This document shows, in pieces, positions 23,301 to 31,749 of a DNA stretch of 37,896 nucleotides. This stretch comes from an uncultured Candidatus Saccharibacteria bacterium. GTDB taxonomy: Bacteria > Patescibacteriota > Minisyncoccia > Phycocordibacterales > UBA9973. The translations under genes and the position numbers were made by a program. Each line of letters starts with the position of its first letter. Within the stretch, counting starts at the first letter, position 1. Below the pieces are notes generated by a model. That model did no database searches. It saw only the letters and a program-made list of their open reading frames with translations, and had not been told where the DNA came from. The stretch covers positions 4,613 through 42,508 of the forward strand of contig CAZQAX010000001.1 of the NCBI GenBank assembly GCA_964591475.1. Reading direction: 5' to 3'.

Positions 23301-24476
23301 TTATGATTTAGATTTCAAAATCGCCTCTATCCCAGGCAATGTACCGTGGGCTAAAAAGTCTAGCGTTGCGCCACCGGCGGTTGAGACAAAGGTAAAGGCT
23401 TTATCCATTTTTGTTTTATGTACCAAATTCGCAGTATCACCCCCACCGATAATGACAATGGCTTTTTTGCTTTTAACTCGTTCGGCTAGTAGTTTTAAAA
23501 TTTCGATACTTGACTTGGTAAAGCCTTTTTCATACCAACCCATTGGACCGTTCCATAATATAGTTTTGGCTTCATCAATGTAAACCTTTAACAAATCAAC
23601 CGTAGCTGGGCCTATGTCTGAAATTATGTCAGTCTTAGCGACATCAATTAAGGCACAAATTTTTTGCGCGCCATTGCGATACACAACCACATCAACGACC
23701 GGTATTAAGTTTTTATCATTTAGCATTGTTTTACTGATTGGGTAATCAGCATCAATCATCGAGTGGCCCACGTTGTAACCTTCGGCTAAAATATAGTTGT
23801 TGGCTAATGCCCCACCAACAAAGTATTTATCAGCAATTTTTGTAAACTTTTTCAAAACAGGTATTTTTGTGCCAAATTTAAAACCACCTAACAAAAATAG
23901 CATTGGGTGTTTAGGGTTTAAGGCTTTACTTAGATTTGCGACTTCATTGATAAATGAAAAGCCAAAATAGCTAGGCAAATATTTTGGTAGCGATGTAAAC
24001 GACATGTGGTCACGGTGCGAAACTGAAAAGGCGTCATTGATGTACAAGTCGGCAACACTTGCAAAGTTTTTAGCCAAGGCATCGCGAGTTTTTCTGTCAC
24101 CGATTTTTTCGCCATCTAGTTTGCGAATATTTTCAAGTAGCATTACTGAGCCTGGCTTTGCACTAGCAAACTTGGTGGCTAAATTATCAAAATCTAGTTC
24201 GAAATCAAAGTTGGTTATGAATTCGGTTTTAATTTTCTTGTTCAAATAAGCATGAATTGGTTTTAGACTACTTTTACCGTCGTCCCCTATATGGGCAATT
24301 ATAAAAACTTTTGCACCTTTTTTAACAAGGTGTTCTATTGTTGGTATAGTTTGATCAATTCGAAAAGTATCACGAACTTTGCCAGCTGAAACCGGTACGT
24401 TAAAATCGGCCCGCAAAATAACTACATTACCCTTTTTAATTTTTGCTTTTGTAATACTAAAGTTATTCAAGTTCAT
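23301..24476 (-). CDS. pgk: Phosphoglycerate kinase
   Basis: VILRADFNVP N-terminal motif, …AHIGD…, and C-terminal IIGGGDTA and STAGGATLDFL. 391 aa. Confidence 0.93.
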   Translation of the reverse strand: MNLNNFSITKAKIKKGNVVILRADFNVPVSAGKVRDTFRIDQTIPTIEHLVKKGAKVFIIAHIGDDGKSSLKPIHAYLNKKIKTEFITNFDFELDFDNLATKFASAKPGSVMLLENIRKLDGEKIGDRKTRDALAKNFASVADLYINDAFSVSHRDHMSFTSLPKYLPSYFGFSFINEVANLSKALNPKHPMLFLLGGFKFGTKIPVLKKFTKIADKYFVGGALANNYILAEGYNVGHSMIDADYPISKTMLNDKNLIPVVDVVVYRNGAQKICALIDVAKTDIISDIGPATVDLLKVYIDEAKTILWNGPMGWYEKGFTKSSIEILKLLAERVKSKKAIVIIGGGDTANLVHKTKMDKAFTFVSTAGGATLDFLAHGTLPGIEAILKSKS

Positions 24477-24479
24477 ATA

Positions 24480-25250
24480 TTATTTTTTTATTTTAAGGCT
24501 TATAACAGTGTCATTAACTATTTTTATAAAATCTTTGGGTATTAACGAATCACGACCAATCAATAGTCCATCAACCCCACCATTTTGCATAAAATCCATT
24601 GCGTCGCGTGTGTTAACTGAACCACCGTACAAAATCGCAACCTCGTTTGCATTTTTTACCCCAAACAAATCAGTCAAAATTTTGCGCACGTAAATCGCAA
24701 CCTCTAAACATTCAACATGGGTTGCTTCGCGTTTGGCGCCTGTGCCAATTGCCCAAATTGGTTCATAAGCGATCGCAATATTTTTAATATCTTTTTTGGC
24801 AACACCCAACAAGGCATTTTCAATTTGGTTTTTGATGTGTTGTAAGTATTGACCATCATTGTCACGGTCGGTTTCGCCTACACAAATTATCGGTTTAATT
24901 TTATGTCGTAATAATTCTAAAACCTTTTGGTTAACATCAGTATCGGTATCGCCCCGACGACGAACTTCAGAATGCCCAGCCAAAGAATATGCTGGTTTGT
25001 ATGAAGCAACCATCGCGACTGAGTTTTGCCCAGTTTCAGCCCCCGTTGGTGTGTAATGGGCGTCTTGTATACCAATCAAAACAGAAGGTTTTTTTATTTT
25101 TAAAATACTTGCCAAGTAGACATTCGGCACACAAGCAACAACTTGGACTTTATTTGTTTTTTTAATTTTAGAAATTTGCTTATAAATTTGCAAAGCCTGT
25201 ACTAGTGACTTTGGGTTCATTTTCCAATTGCCAACGATTAATTTGTTCAT
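24480..25250 (-). CDS. tpiA: Triosephosphate isomerase
   Basis: VGNWKMN, GHSEVRR, AYEPIWAIGTG (catalytic Glu) and YGGSV motifs. Confidence 0.93.
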   Translation of the reverse strand: MNKLIVGNWKMNPKSLVQALQIYKQISKIKKTNKVQVVACVPNVYLASILKIKKPSVLIGIQDAHYTPTGAETGQNSVAMVASYKPAYSLAGHSEVRRRGDTDTDVNQKVLELLRHKIKPIICVGETDRDNDGQYLQHIKNQIENALLGVAKKDIKNIAIAYEPIWAIGTGAKREATHVECLEVAIYVRKILTDLFGVKNANEVAILYGGSVNTRDAMDFMQNGGVDGLLIGRDSLIPKDFIKIVNDTVISLKIKK

Positions 25251-25256
25251 GTTTTA

Positions 25257-25265
25257 ATTATAACA
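25257..25265 (-). promoter_or_regulatory. Extended -10 box TGtTATAAT, 6 nt upstream of the tpiA ATG
   Basis: The minus strand reads TGTTATAAT-taaaac-ATG, inside the 19-nt gap after the upstream pilus-operon gene. Confidence 0.5.
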
Positions 25266-25269
25266 CAAA

Positions 25270-26505
25270 CTAAAAGCCTATCTGATTTGCACCTTCAATT
25301 AGTTCTGGATCTGCGGATTGATTTATACCATCATTTGAATTCCCACCATTTGATACGGTAACTAAAACGAGTGTTGATACCTTACTATTACCAACAGTAT
25401 CATAAGCTTTGGCCAACAATCCGTACTTACCATCAGCTACGTTATTGGTATTGTAACTAATAGAATACGGAGAAGTTGTATCTGAGCCAATAAGGGTAGA
25501 TTCATTATAAAATTCTACTCTTGAAATACCACTACTATCACTGGCCGAAGCAGATATGGGCACTGTATAAGAAATCACCGAACCAGCAACCGGGCTTGTC
25601 AGAACAATAATTGGTGGAGTAATCTCATTAATAGAATTTTGACTTTGCTGTGACTGATTATTATCTGATTCAGATTCTACTTGAGCCTGAACCTGATTTT
25701 GTGCTGATATGGCCTGCTCAACAACAACCTGTTGGGCTATTATTTGTGCTTGAGTAACAATGGGCTGCGTACCTACACCAGAACTGTTAGATATAATAAC
25801 CGGCATACCTGATATGATTGTTTCTAAATCTTGCACAGCATTAGAAACTACCGATTGATACTGTGTTATTTGTGCTTGTGTCAAAGTAGGCCCTGTCGAT
25901 AACCCGTTTACTAAATTTTGTAACTGACTAATAAAGCTTTCTATAGAAGCAATGTTTTGTTCTGTTGTTTTAACAAGATCAGACAAGGCAAGATCAGAGT
26001 CGGTAATTTTTGAAGCCTGATTCGTTACAGCTTTATATTGATCGATCTCAGTTTTCCACTGATTAAGCATTTTCTCTATTTCAGATCGAGAAGTGTTCAA
26101 GCTTTTCTCTAGAGCGATATCTTTTGTTTTAACTTTAATTTCAGGCTTGGCTGCTTTAGGATTTTTAAAAAAAACATCTGTTTCTTTTTCTATTAATTTA
26201 TCAATATTTACATACTTAACTCTAAGATTATCAATAGTGCTTCTTTCTAGTTGAGCTCTTGTAGTAAGTTCTTCTAGGGTTTTTGTTTCAGTTTCAACTT
26301 TTAATTTTGCCTCTCTTACTAAAGTAGCCAAATATGCTTGCGACCCCGTATCCTGATCTAGTTGTTTTTGATTTGAATCTGAAGCCACGGTATTAATATT
26401 TTTTTTAGATTGGCTTATAAAATAATAAGCAGTTCCCGATAGGATTACAATAAAAACAAGTACTATTACAATAATGCCGATAGATCCTTTATGTTTTTCT
26501 AACAT
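25270..26505 (-). CDS. Membrane-anchored coiled-coil protein with C-terminal Ig-like domain (pilus-operon associated)
   Basis: TM helix IGIIVIVLVFIVILSG, a long Q/E/K-rich coiled coil, and a C-terminal bacterial Ig-like fold (…ASASDSSGISRVEFYNESTLIGSDTTSPYSISYNT…AKAYDTVGN…). The ATG at 26505 is preferred over the track TTG at 26520 because TATACT lies 6 nt upstream of it. Confidence 0.6.
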   Translation of the reverse strand: MLEKHKGSIGIIVIVLVFIVILSGTAYYFISQSKKNINTVASDSNQKQLDQDTGSQAYLATLVREAKLKVETETKTLEELTTRAQLERSTIDNLRVKYVNIDKLIEKETDVFFKNPKAAKPEIKVKTKDIALEKSLNTSRSEIEKMLNQWKTEIDQYKAVTNQASKITDSDLALSDLVKTTEQNIASIESFISQLQNLVNGLSTGPTLTQAQITQYQSVVSNAVQDLETIISGMPVIISNSSGVGTQPIVTQAQIIAQQVVVEQAISAQNQVQAQVESESDNNQSQQSQNSINEITPPIIVLTSPVAGSVISYTVPISASASDSSGISRVEFYNESTLIGSDTTSPYSISYNTNNVADGKYGLLAKAYDTVGNSKVSTLVLVTVSNGGNSNDGINQSADPELIEGANQIGF

Positions 26506-26511
26506 ACTTAT

Positions 26512-26517
26512 AGTATA
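26512..26517 (-). promoter_or_regulatory. -10 box TATACT, 6 nt upstream of the ATG at 26505
   Basis: The minus strand reads TATACT-ataagt-ATG, the same geometry as the other leaderless candidates. Confidence 0.4.
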
Positions 26518-26526
26518 CAATAAAAA

Positions 26527-28026
26527 CTACTTAATCTCTTCCCATGAAATAGTTGTATATTTGTCAGAAGTTAAAGGGAAAGACGGCGGAGGTCCATATA
26601 ATAAATTTGCATCATAAATAATAGTACGGTTTGTATACCCTGTTCCATCGGTATAAGCAAAACCATAACGCAAGTTTGTCCCGATCATTCCATATAGCGT
26701 GATAGAGTCTCGACTGTGATAAGGAGAGCAAGAAGAACTATAATATTTACGCCCAACCCTGCCATTAACAGCCATTGTTGCACCATCAATACGAAAACTT
26801 GTATCACTCACCATGCCGACCAAAACATCTTGTTGGGCAATCAGGGCAAGAGCATCTTGGCCGTCATAGTTTGTATACAACAAATTTTTATTTACTATAA
26901 TGCTTTTACGGGTACTAATATTGTCAGGAAATTTACCAGCAGCTAGTGTTATACGGGCTGTATTTATTTGCCCATCTACCCAAACATTATCTTCAACAAA
27001 AATTAATCCATTAGATGGGTTGGCGTAATTTGCCACAAAAGTTTCACCGTTACTTGATTTGATACTCCAAGTACCCCACGTTGAATCTCCAGAAGATGAA
27101 TTTGACGAACAAGAGCCCGATGCAGAGGCAAGATTTGTAACTTTGTACACATCATAAGTATCATTAGTCTTAAAAATAATATGGTAACCCAATGCGCCTG
27201 ATGGAGCAAAATATTTACCCCCAGACTGGGCATTTGTTTTTATTGTTGATATATCGTTAGTAATACCCGTAAAGTCAGCTGGCGGGACTGGAAATTGCCT
27301 ACCGGTCATAAATATATCACTTCGACTTGGCACAGGGTTTGTTGGTGGAGCCTCAGACGACCTGAATGAATTATTTACCCCTGACGATGGCGGGGCATTT
27401 ACATGAGTATGAACACCGAACTCATTATTACCACTGTGGTCTGGATCATCATAAGAACTAATGGCGCTTGTAACTAAGTTATGGGCTACTCCATCAAAAC
27501 GAATGCCTCCGTTTGAATGAATTGGTCCAAAAACCTCAGTCCCTTCACCAAAGCGCATTACGTCATTAGCCACAATTGCGTATTTAGCAAATGAAGGTAT
27601 GGCCAACCTGGTCTTAATTCTTTTTTTAACCTTAGGATATGCGTCAACACTACCCTCAGATACGATTGTTACAATTGTTGACCCTGTATTCGGCGGTGTT
27701 ATGGTTAGAACAAACTTACCAATAGCTACACCGTCTTTGTCTTTAAATATATGAGTATAAGGCCCTGGCGCTCCAGTACCGTCTTGAAAATCATTTGGGG
27801 CATGTGCTAAATGCCATCGATAATAATCGGCCCCAGCTTCAGCGATCTGTAATGCTTGCTCTTTATATAAAACTGAATTTGCCACACTCAAGCTAGTATA
27901 AGCCCAGCCCGAGAAAGCTAAGATAGCTGATACAGCTATTGCTCCAAAAATAATAACACTAAGCAGTATCATGCCATTTGCTGTTCTATTTTTTAACTGC
28001 CTTAATTTTTGAAATCCCTCTTTCAT
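26527..28026 (-). CDS. PilX-like pilus-associated protein (N-terminal TM anchor, large extracellular domain)
   Basis: N-terminus …NGMILLSVIIFGAIAVSAILAF…EQALQIAEAGADYY resembles the PilX N-terminal domain. It lacks Glu at position +5. 499 aa. Confidence 0.55.
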   Translation of the reverse strand: MKEGFQKLRQLKNRTANGMILLSVIIFGAIAVSAILAFSGWAYTSLSVANSVLYKEQALQIAEAGADYYRWHLAHAPNDFQDGTGAPGPYTHIFKDKDGVAIGKFVLTITPPNTGSTIVTIVSEGSVDAYPKVKKRIKTRLAIPSFAKYAIVANDVMRFGEGTEVFGPIHSNGGIRFDGVAHNLVTSAISSYDDPDHSGNNEFGVHTHVNAPPSSGVNNSFRSSEAPPTNPVPSRSDIFMTGRQFPVPPADFTGITNDISTIKTNAQSGGKYFAPSGALGYHIIFKTNDTYDVYKVTNLASASGSCSSNSSSGDSTWGTWSIKSSNGETFVANYANPSNGLIFVEDNVWVDGQINTARITLAAGKFPDNISTRKSIIVNKNLLYTNYDGQDALALIAQQDVLVGMVSDTSFRIDGATMAVNGRVGRKYYSSSCSPYHSRDSITLYGMIGTNLRYGFAYTDGTGYTNRTIIYDANLLYGPPPSFPLTSDKYTTISWEEIK

Positions 28027-28028
28027 AT

Positions 28029-28664
28029 TTATAGATTATCTTTTAAGTTACGAAAACTAATTTGAGTAGTGACTGTAAATGGTAGTGGCGGACGAGATGG
28101 ATCGGCATCAATAGTCAGAGTAATTTTTATTAAGCGAACATCAAGCGGAGAAACGGGTTGAACCATAGCAGATGTTGTGCCAGTATAATTTGTATCATAG
28201 TAAGAAAATATTGGCGTAGCACCACTTACAATATTATACATGAGCGGAGTAACAACTTCATTATTAATAGCATAAGTAAGAGGATTGCCGGTTGGTTTTA
28301 TAACACCCTTACTAAAAGTAGTTCCATTTAAAAAATATCGAACACGTTCCTTTAACCCGTCGTTGTTCGTGTCGGTATAAAATACAAAGGCATTGTCACC
28401 AGTGACTTCAAGTGGGTAAGAACCGAGAGACGACTGTGAGGCTGATCGAATTTCGTTAGAAATGGGTTGCAATATGTGTCTAGCGTCATCAGAACCAGTC
28501 AAGCCACTAAAAAAAATACTTCGATAATATATCGTGTCTCTGGCAAATAATGTTATAAGCCCTAAAATTAACGTAAAAATTGCCAGACTTATCAACGTTT
28601 CAATAACAGTAAAGGCTCTGCTATTTTTAATATATTTATTTTTTAAAATAATTTTAAAATTCAT
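28029..28664 (-). CDS. Prepilin-type N-terminal cleavage/methylation domain protein (minor pilin-like)
   Basis: …NSRA/FTVIETLISLAIFTLILGLI has Glu at +5 and a hydrophobic helix. The ATG at 28664 (M13 of the track ORF) removes the overlap with the upstream gene, whose stop is at 28667. Confidence 0.7.
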   Translation of the reverse strand: MNFKIILKNKYIKNSRAFTVIETLISLAIFTLILGLITLFARDTIYYRSIFFSGLTGSDDARHILQPISNEIRSASQSSLGSYPLEVTGDNAFVFYTDTNNDGLKERVRYFLNGTTFSKGVIKPTGNPLTYAINNEVVTPLMYNIVSGATPIFSYYDTNYTGTTSAMVQPVSPLDVRLIKITLTIDADPSRPPLPFTVTTQISFRNLKDNL

Positions 28665-28666
28665 AT

Positions 28667-30490
28667 TTACGGCGCGATTATAATTTCTTCTTTTTGCCAA
28701 GAACTTAACACGTCAACAGACTTTGAAATACTTTGGTATCCCGATTTAGAAACGTCTAACGTATATGTTGATTGCGCAAGACTCGAGAATGATACTTGAC
28801 CAGGAGGAATACACCCTGATGAATAAGTAACCGATACGTCTGAAACTTGTGGAGTAAAGGCTGTGTCGGCCGTTGAGAGGTATATTTTATATCTAAAATA
28901 CCTATCCCCATTATGCGATGAATGAATATTTTGGTTCGCTGTTGTATAAAAAGTTCCAGTTGTACCATCGGGGCCTTTAAAGTTCCAAGTTGCATTATCA
29001 TTATTTGTAGCAACTTGAAACCTAACACTTGAGCTACCTGTTTGCGCAGGCTGAGGAGTCGGACTCCAAAGAATTTGTTTAAAATTACTAGCCGCACCCA
29101 AATCAAACGTTGATGAAGTTAAATTACCGCTTGAAACATAAACACCAAAAGACTCAACCAAGCGTATGTCGCCAGGAGATATGGCGACGTCAATATTACC
29201 GTTTTGGTTCAAATACAAACCTGGGTCACCAATCAGTGCTTGCCCACTACCAAAAGACCAGTCAGTTTGATTTATAAACCCTTCATTTGTTGTAAGTGTG
29301 CTGGTATAGCCTGATTTTGACAATACAACAGTAGCGTCACTTACTGGCAAACCCGTTGATTGATCTTTTACTACAACAACCAGTCGCCTACCATTTTTAG
29401 GAGCTGTTATGATTTGCATATTTTGAGTTGTGTTCGGCGGAACCCCAAGAGAAAGAAGCGGATTAGTCCCAATAATATCATAAGCCCCATCAGTACCATT
29501 AATTCCATAAGTATCCCATTCAACATTATTTATATTGACTGAACCTGATGAGTCTGTGGTAAAAGAGTTTGAATTTTTTAAAGTATTTGGGTTTGTACCA
29601 ATTATTTTTGTACCGACAAGATCAAAGTCAAAGTCTGCAACATCAACACATTGATTATTTATTGTTGTAACGGGGATCGTACTTGTTCTGTCTATCGTAA
29701 AAGACAGTTGAGTAATTTGTTGTAAAACAACAGTTGCATTTAATTTAATTGGGTTGGGGTTACCAGATCCACCCGAAGGATATGTTTGATCAACAGAGTA
29801 CCCACTCTTTGTAACGGTAATTTTATAGTTACCAACTGATGGCGGCGCATCAACAATTGTCAAAGTACCGTCAATTCCAGTATGGTCATTTAAATTAACC
29901 TGTGGTGTTAAGCTAGAATTTACAATATTCACATCAGCATCAGGAACTGGTAGGCCAGACGCATCAAATACGCGAATAACTAGTGCGCCGTTAGTTGAGG
30001 CGGTTTCGAGATTTTTAGGCGAAACATAGGTAGTAAAAGAGGTTGTTTTAAATTTATTACATTGAGTACATGAAATAGTAAGCTCAACGATTTTTCTGTC
30101 GGCTGGCGATAAGTCATTTGGCGTTCCACCAAGTGTACCATCGAAGGGATCATCAAAATTACGTATAATAGTTTCAATGGTAAATGTTTTATCATCACGC
30201 ACTAAAACTTGATTTTGACTCAAGACCCCTGATGGTATACCACCCACAGTACCGACTTGTGCATATGGCAAATTACGCACAATTTCAAATTGTTCGTTAG
30301 CTAAATTTGTAACTACTTCGCGCGTACGAATCAGTGCCGTTATTTGCAACATTTTTTGAAAGCCCCCGTAAACCGATAAGGCAATAATAATAAAAATAGA
30401 TGTTGCGACAAGGGCTTCAATCAAAGTAAGTCCTTTGGAAAGTTTTCGTATTTTATACTTATTATTTTTTATAAAAAAAATGCATTTCAC
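28667..30490 (-). CDS. Giant prepilin-type protein (607 aa) with carboxypeptidase-regulatory-like beta-sandwich domains
   Basis: …SKG/LTLIEALVATSIFIIIALSV has Glu at +5. At least two CarboxypepD_reg-like segments follow (VIRVFDASGLPVPDADVNIV…, VVVVKDQSTGLPVSDATVVLSKSGY…). GTG start. Confidence 0.7.
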   Translation of the reverse strand: MKCIFFIKNNKYKIRKLSKGLTLIEALVATSIFIIIALSVYGGFQKMLQITALIRTREVVTNLANEQFEIVRNLPYAQVGTVGGIPSGVLSQNQVLVRDDKTFTIETIIRNFDDPFDGTLGGTPNDLSPADRKIVELTISCTQCNKFKTTSFTTYVSPKNLETASTNGALVIRVFDASGLPVPDADVNIVNSSLTPQVNLNDHTGIDGTLTIVDAPPSVGNYKITVTKSGYSVDQTYPSGGSGNPNPIKLNATVVLQQITQLSFTIDRTSTIPVTTINNQCVDVADFDFDLVGTKIIGTNPNTLKNSNSFTTDSSGSVNINNVEWDTYGINGTDGAYDIIGTNPLLSLGVPPNTTQNMQIITAPKNGRRLVVVVKDQSTGLPVSDATVVLSKSGYTSTLTTNEGFINQTDWSFGSGQALIGDPGLYLNQNGNIDVAISPGDIRLVESFGVYVSSGNLTSSTFDLGAASNFKQILWSPTPQPAQTGSSSVRFQVATNNDNATWNFKGPDGTTGTFYTTANQNIHSSHNGDRYFRYKIYLSTADTAFTPQVSDVSVTYSSGCIPPGQVSFSSLAQSTYTLDVSKSGYQSISKSVDVLSSWQKEEIIIAP

Positions 30491-30496
30491 AAATTA

Positions 30497-30505
30497 ATTA
30501 TACCA
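30497..30505 (-). promoter_or_regulatory. Extended -10 box TGgTATAAT, 6 nt upstream of the GTG start of the 607-aa pilin gene
   Basis: The minus strand reads TGGTATAAT-taattt-GTG, in the 36-nt gap after pilC. Confidence 0.4.
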
Positions 30506-30526
30506 CCAATATAATAGTATAAACAC

Positions 30527-31735
30527 CTAATTAATTGAATCCATCAGTGAATACATAGGTGAAAGCATCGATACTGCAAAAAATCCAACTGCGACACCGA
30601 TAAATATCATTAATACTGGCTCAATAATGGTTGAAAGGTTTTTAGTTTTTGCATCAACCTCGCCTTCGTAAAATGTAGCTATGTCGGCAAGCATGTTTGA
30701 TAACTTACCAGTTTCTTCACCCACTTCCACCATTTCACCCAACATTACAGGGTATAGTTTTGTATTAGACTTAAAAACAGATGATAGCGTGCCACCCTTT
30801 TGAACAGTTTCCCTGGCTTGTATTAAAATGTCTTTATAGTAAGTATTTTGAACGACGTTTTGTGTTATTTCAATTGCGCGTCCTATATCGATACCAGCTA
30901 GTATTAACGATGACAGCGTGCGAGCCGTGCGAGCGGTATATGTTTCAGTAACAATATTACCTACGCCCGGCAACCTAGGTATTACATAGTCAGCCATTCT
31001 TTTTACCTTTTTCAGTTTAAAAATAAGGTAAAAGAAAGCGATTGCCCCAAAAAGTATGACAAAAATCATTATTGGGTTATTAGCCATGAAGTCAGAAGTA
31101 CCGATAACAAAACGAGTAGTTGCCGGTAGTTTAACACCTAGGCTTTTAAAAGTTTTGGTTAGTGTAGGTACGACGAAAATCATCATTAAAATACCAATAA
31201 TGACAATAGCTGCCAATATGACAGAGGGGTACATCATAGCACCTTTGATTTTCTTATTTAGTGCATAAGATTTTTCAAGGTTGCTACCCACTTCGCGCAA
31301 TGCCCCAACCATACCGCCTGACTCTTCACCAGCCTTAACCATTGAGACAAAAATAGTAGGGAAGGTTTTTGGGTGGCGAGCAAGTCCCGCTGAAAAACTA
31401 TCACCTTTTGAAATTGAGTTTTCAATGTCAGTAATAATGTCTTTAAAATATTTATTTTTTGTCTGGCGCCCCAGTATTTGTAGTGCTCGCGAAATTGAAA
31501 TACCAGCCTCTAACATACCTGAAACATTTTTAGTAAACATTATTTTGTCTTTCATTTTAACTTTTTTAAAAAAGCTAAAATTTATTTCAAAACTAGAACC
31601 CTTTTTTTCTTCTATGAATAAAACTGTTTCGTAGTTTTTTTTCAGCTCGGCCAATGCTTCGGCTCGATCAGATGCTTCAAAAACACTGTTTACCATTTCA
31701 CCCTCTTTTGTTTTTGCTTTAAATTTGAATTTCAT
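30527..31735 (-). CDS. pilC: Type IV pilus / type II secretion platform protein (GspF/PilC family)
   Basis: Two T2SSF repeats (…FTKNVSGMLEAGISISRALQIL…, …TARTLSSLILAGIDIGRAIEIT…) and three TM segments. 402 aa. Confidence 0.9.
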   Translation of the reverse strand: MKFKFKAKTKEGEMVNSVFEASDRAEALAELKKNYETVLFIEEKKGSSFEINFSFFKKVKMKDKIMFTKNVSGMLEAGISISRALQILGRQTKNKYFKDIITDIENSISKGDSFSAGLARHPKTFPTIFVSMVKAGEESGGMVGALREVGSNLEKSYALNKKIKGAMMYPSVILAAIVIIGILMMIFVVPTLTKTFKSLGVKLPATTRFVIGTSDFMANNPIMIFVILFGAIAFFYLIFKLKKVKRMADYVIPRLPGVGNIVTETYTARTARTLSSLILAGIDIGRAIEITQNVVQNTYYKDILIQARETVQKGGTLSSVFKSNTKLYPVMLGEMVEVGEETGKLSNMLADIATFYEGEVDAKTKNLSTIIEPVLMIFIGVAVGFFAVSMLSPMYSLMDSIN

Positions 31736-31749
31736 ATTATTAAAAATAA

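Noticed and set aside
27003-30198. Short out-of-frame ORFs inside the pilus-operon genes (27003..27233, 28756..29106, 29360..29542, 29980..30198)
   Set aside because: They are embedded in longer ORFs that carry recognisable prepilin/PilX N-termini. No start context or homology supports them.
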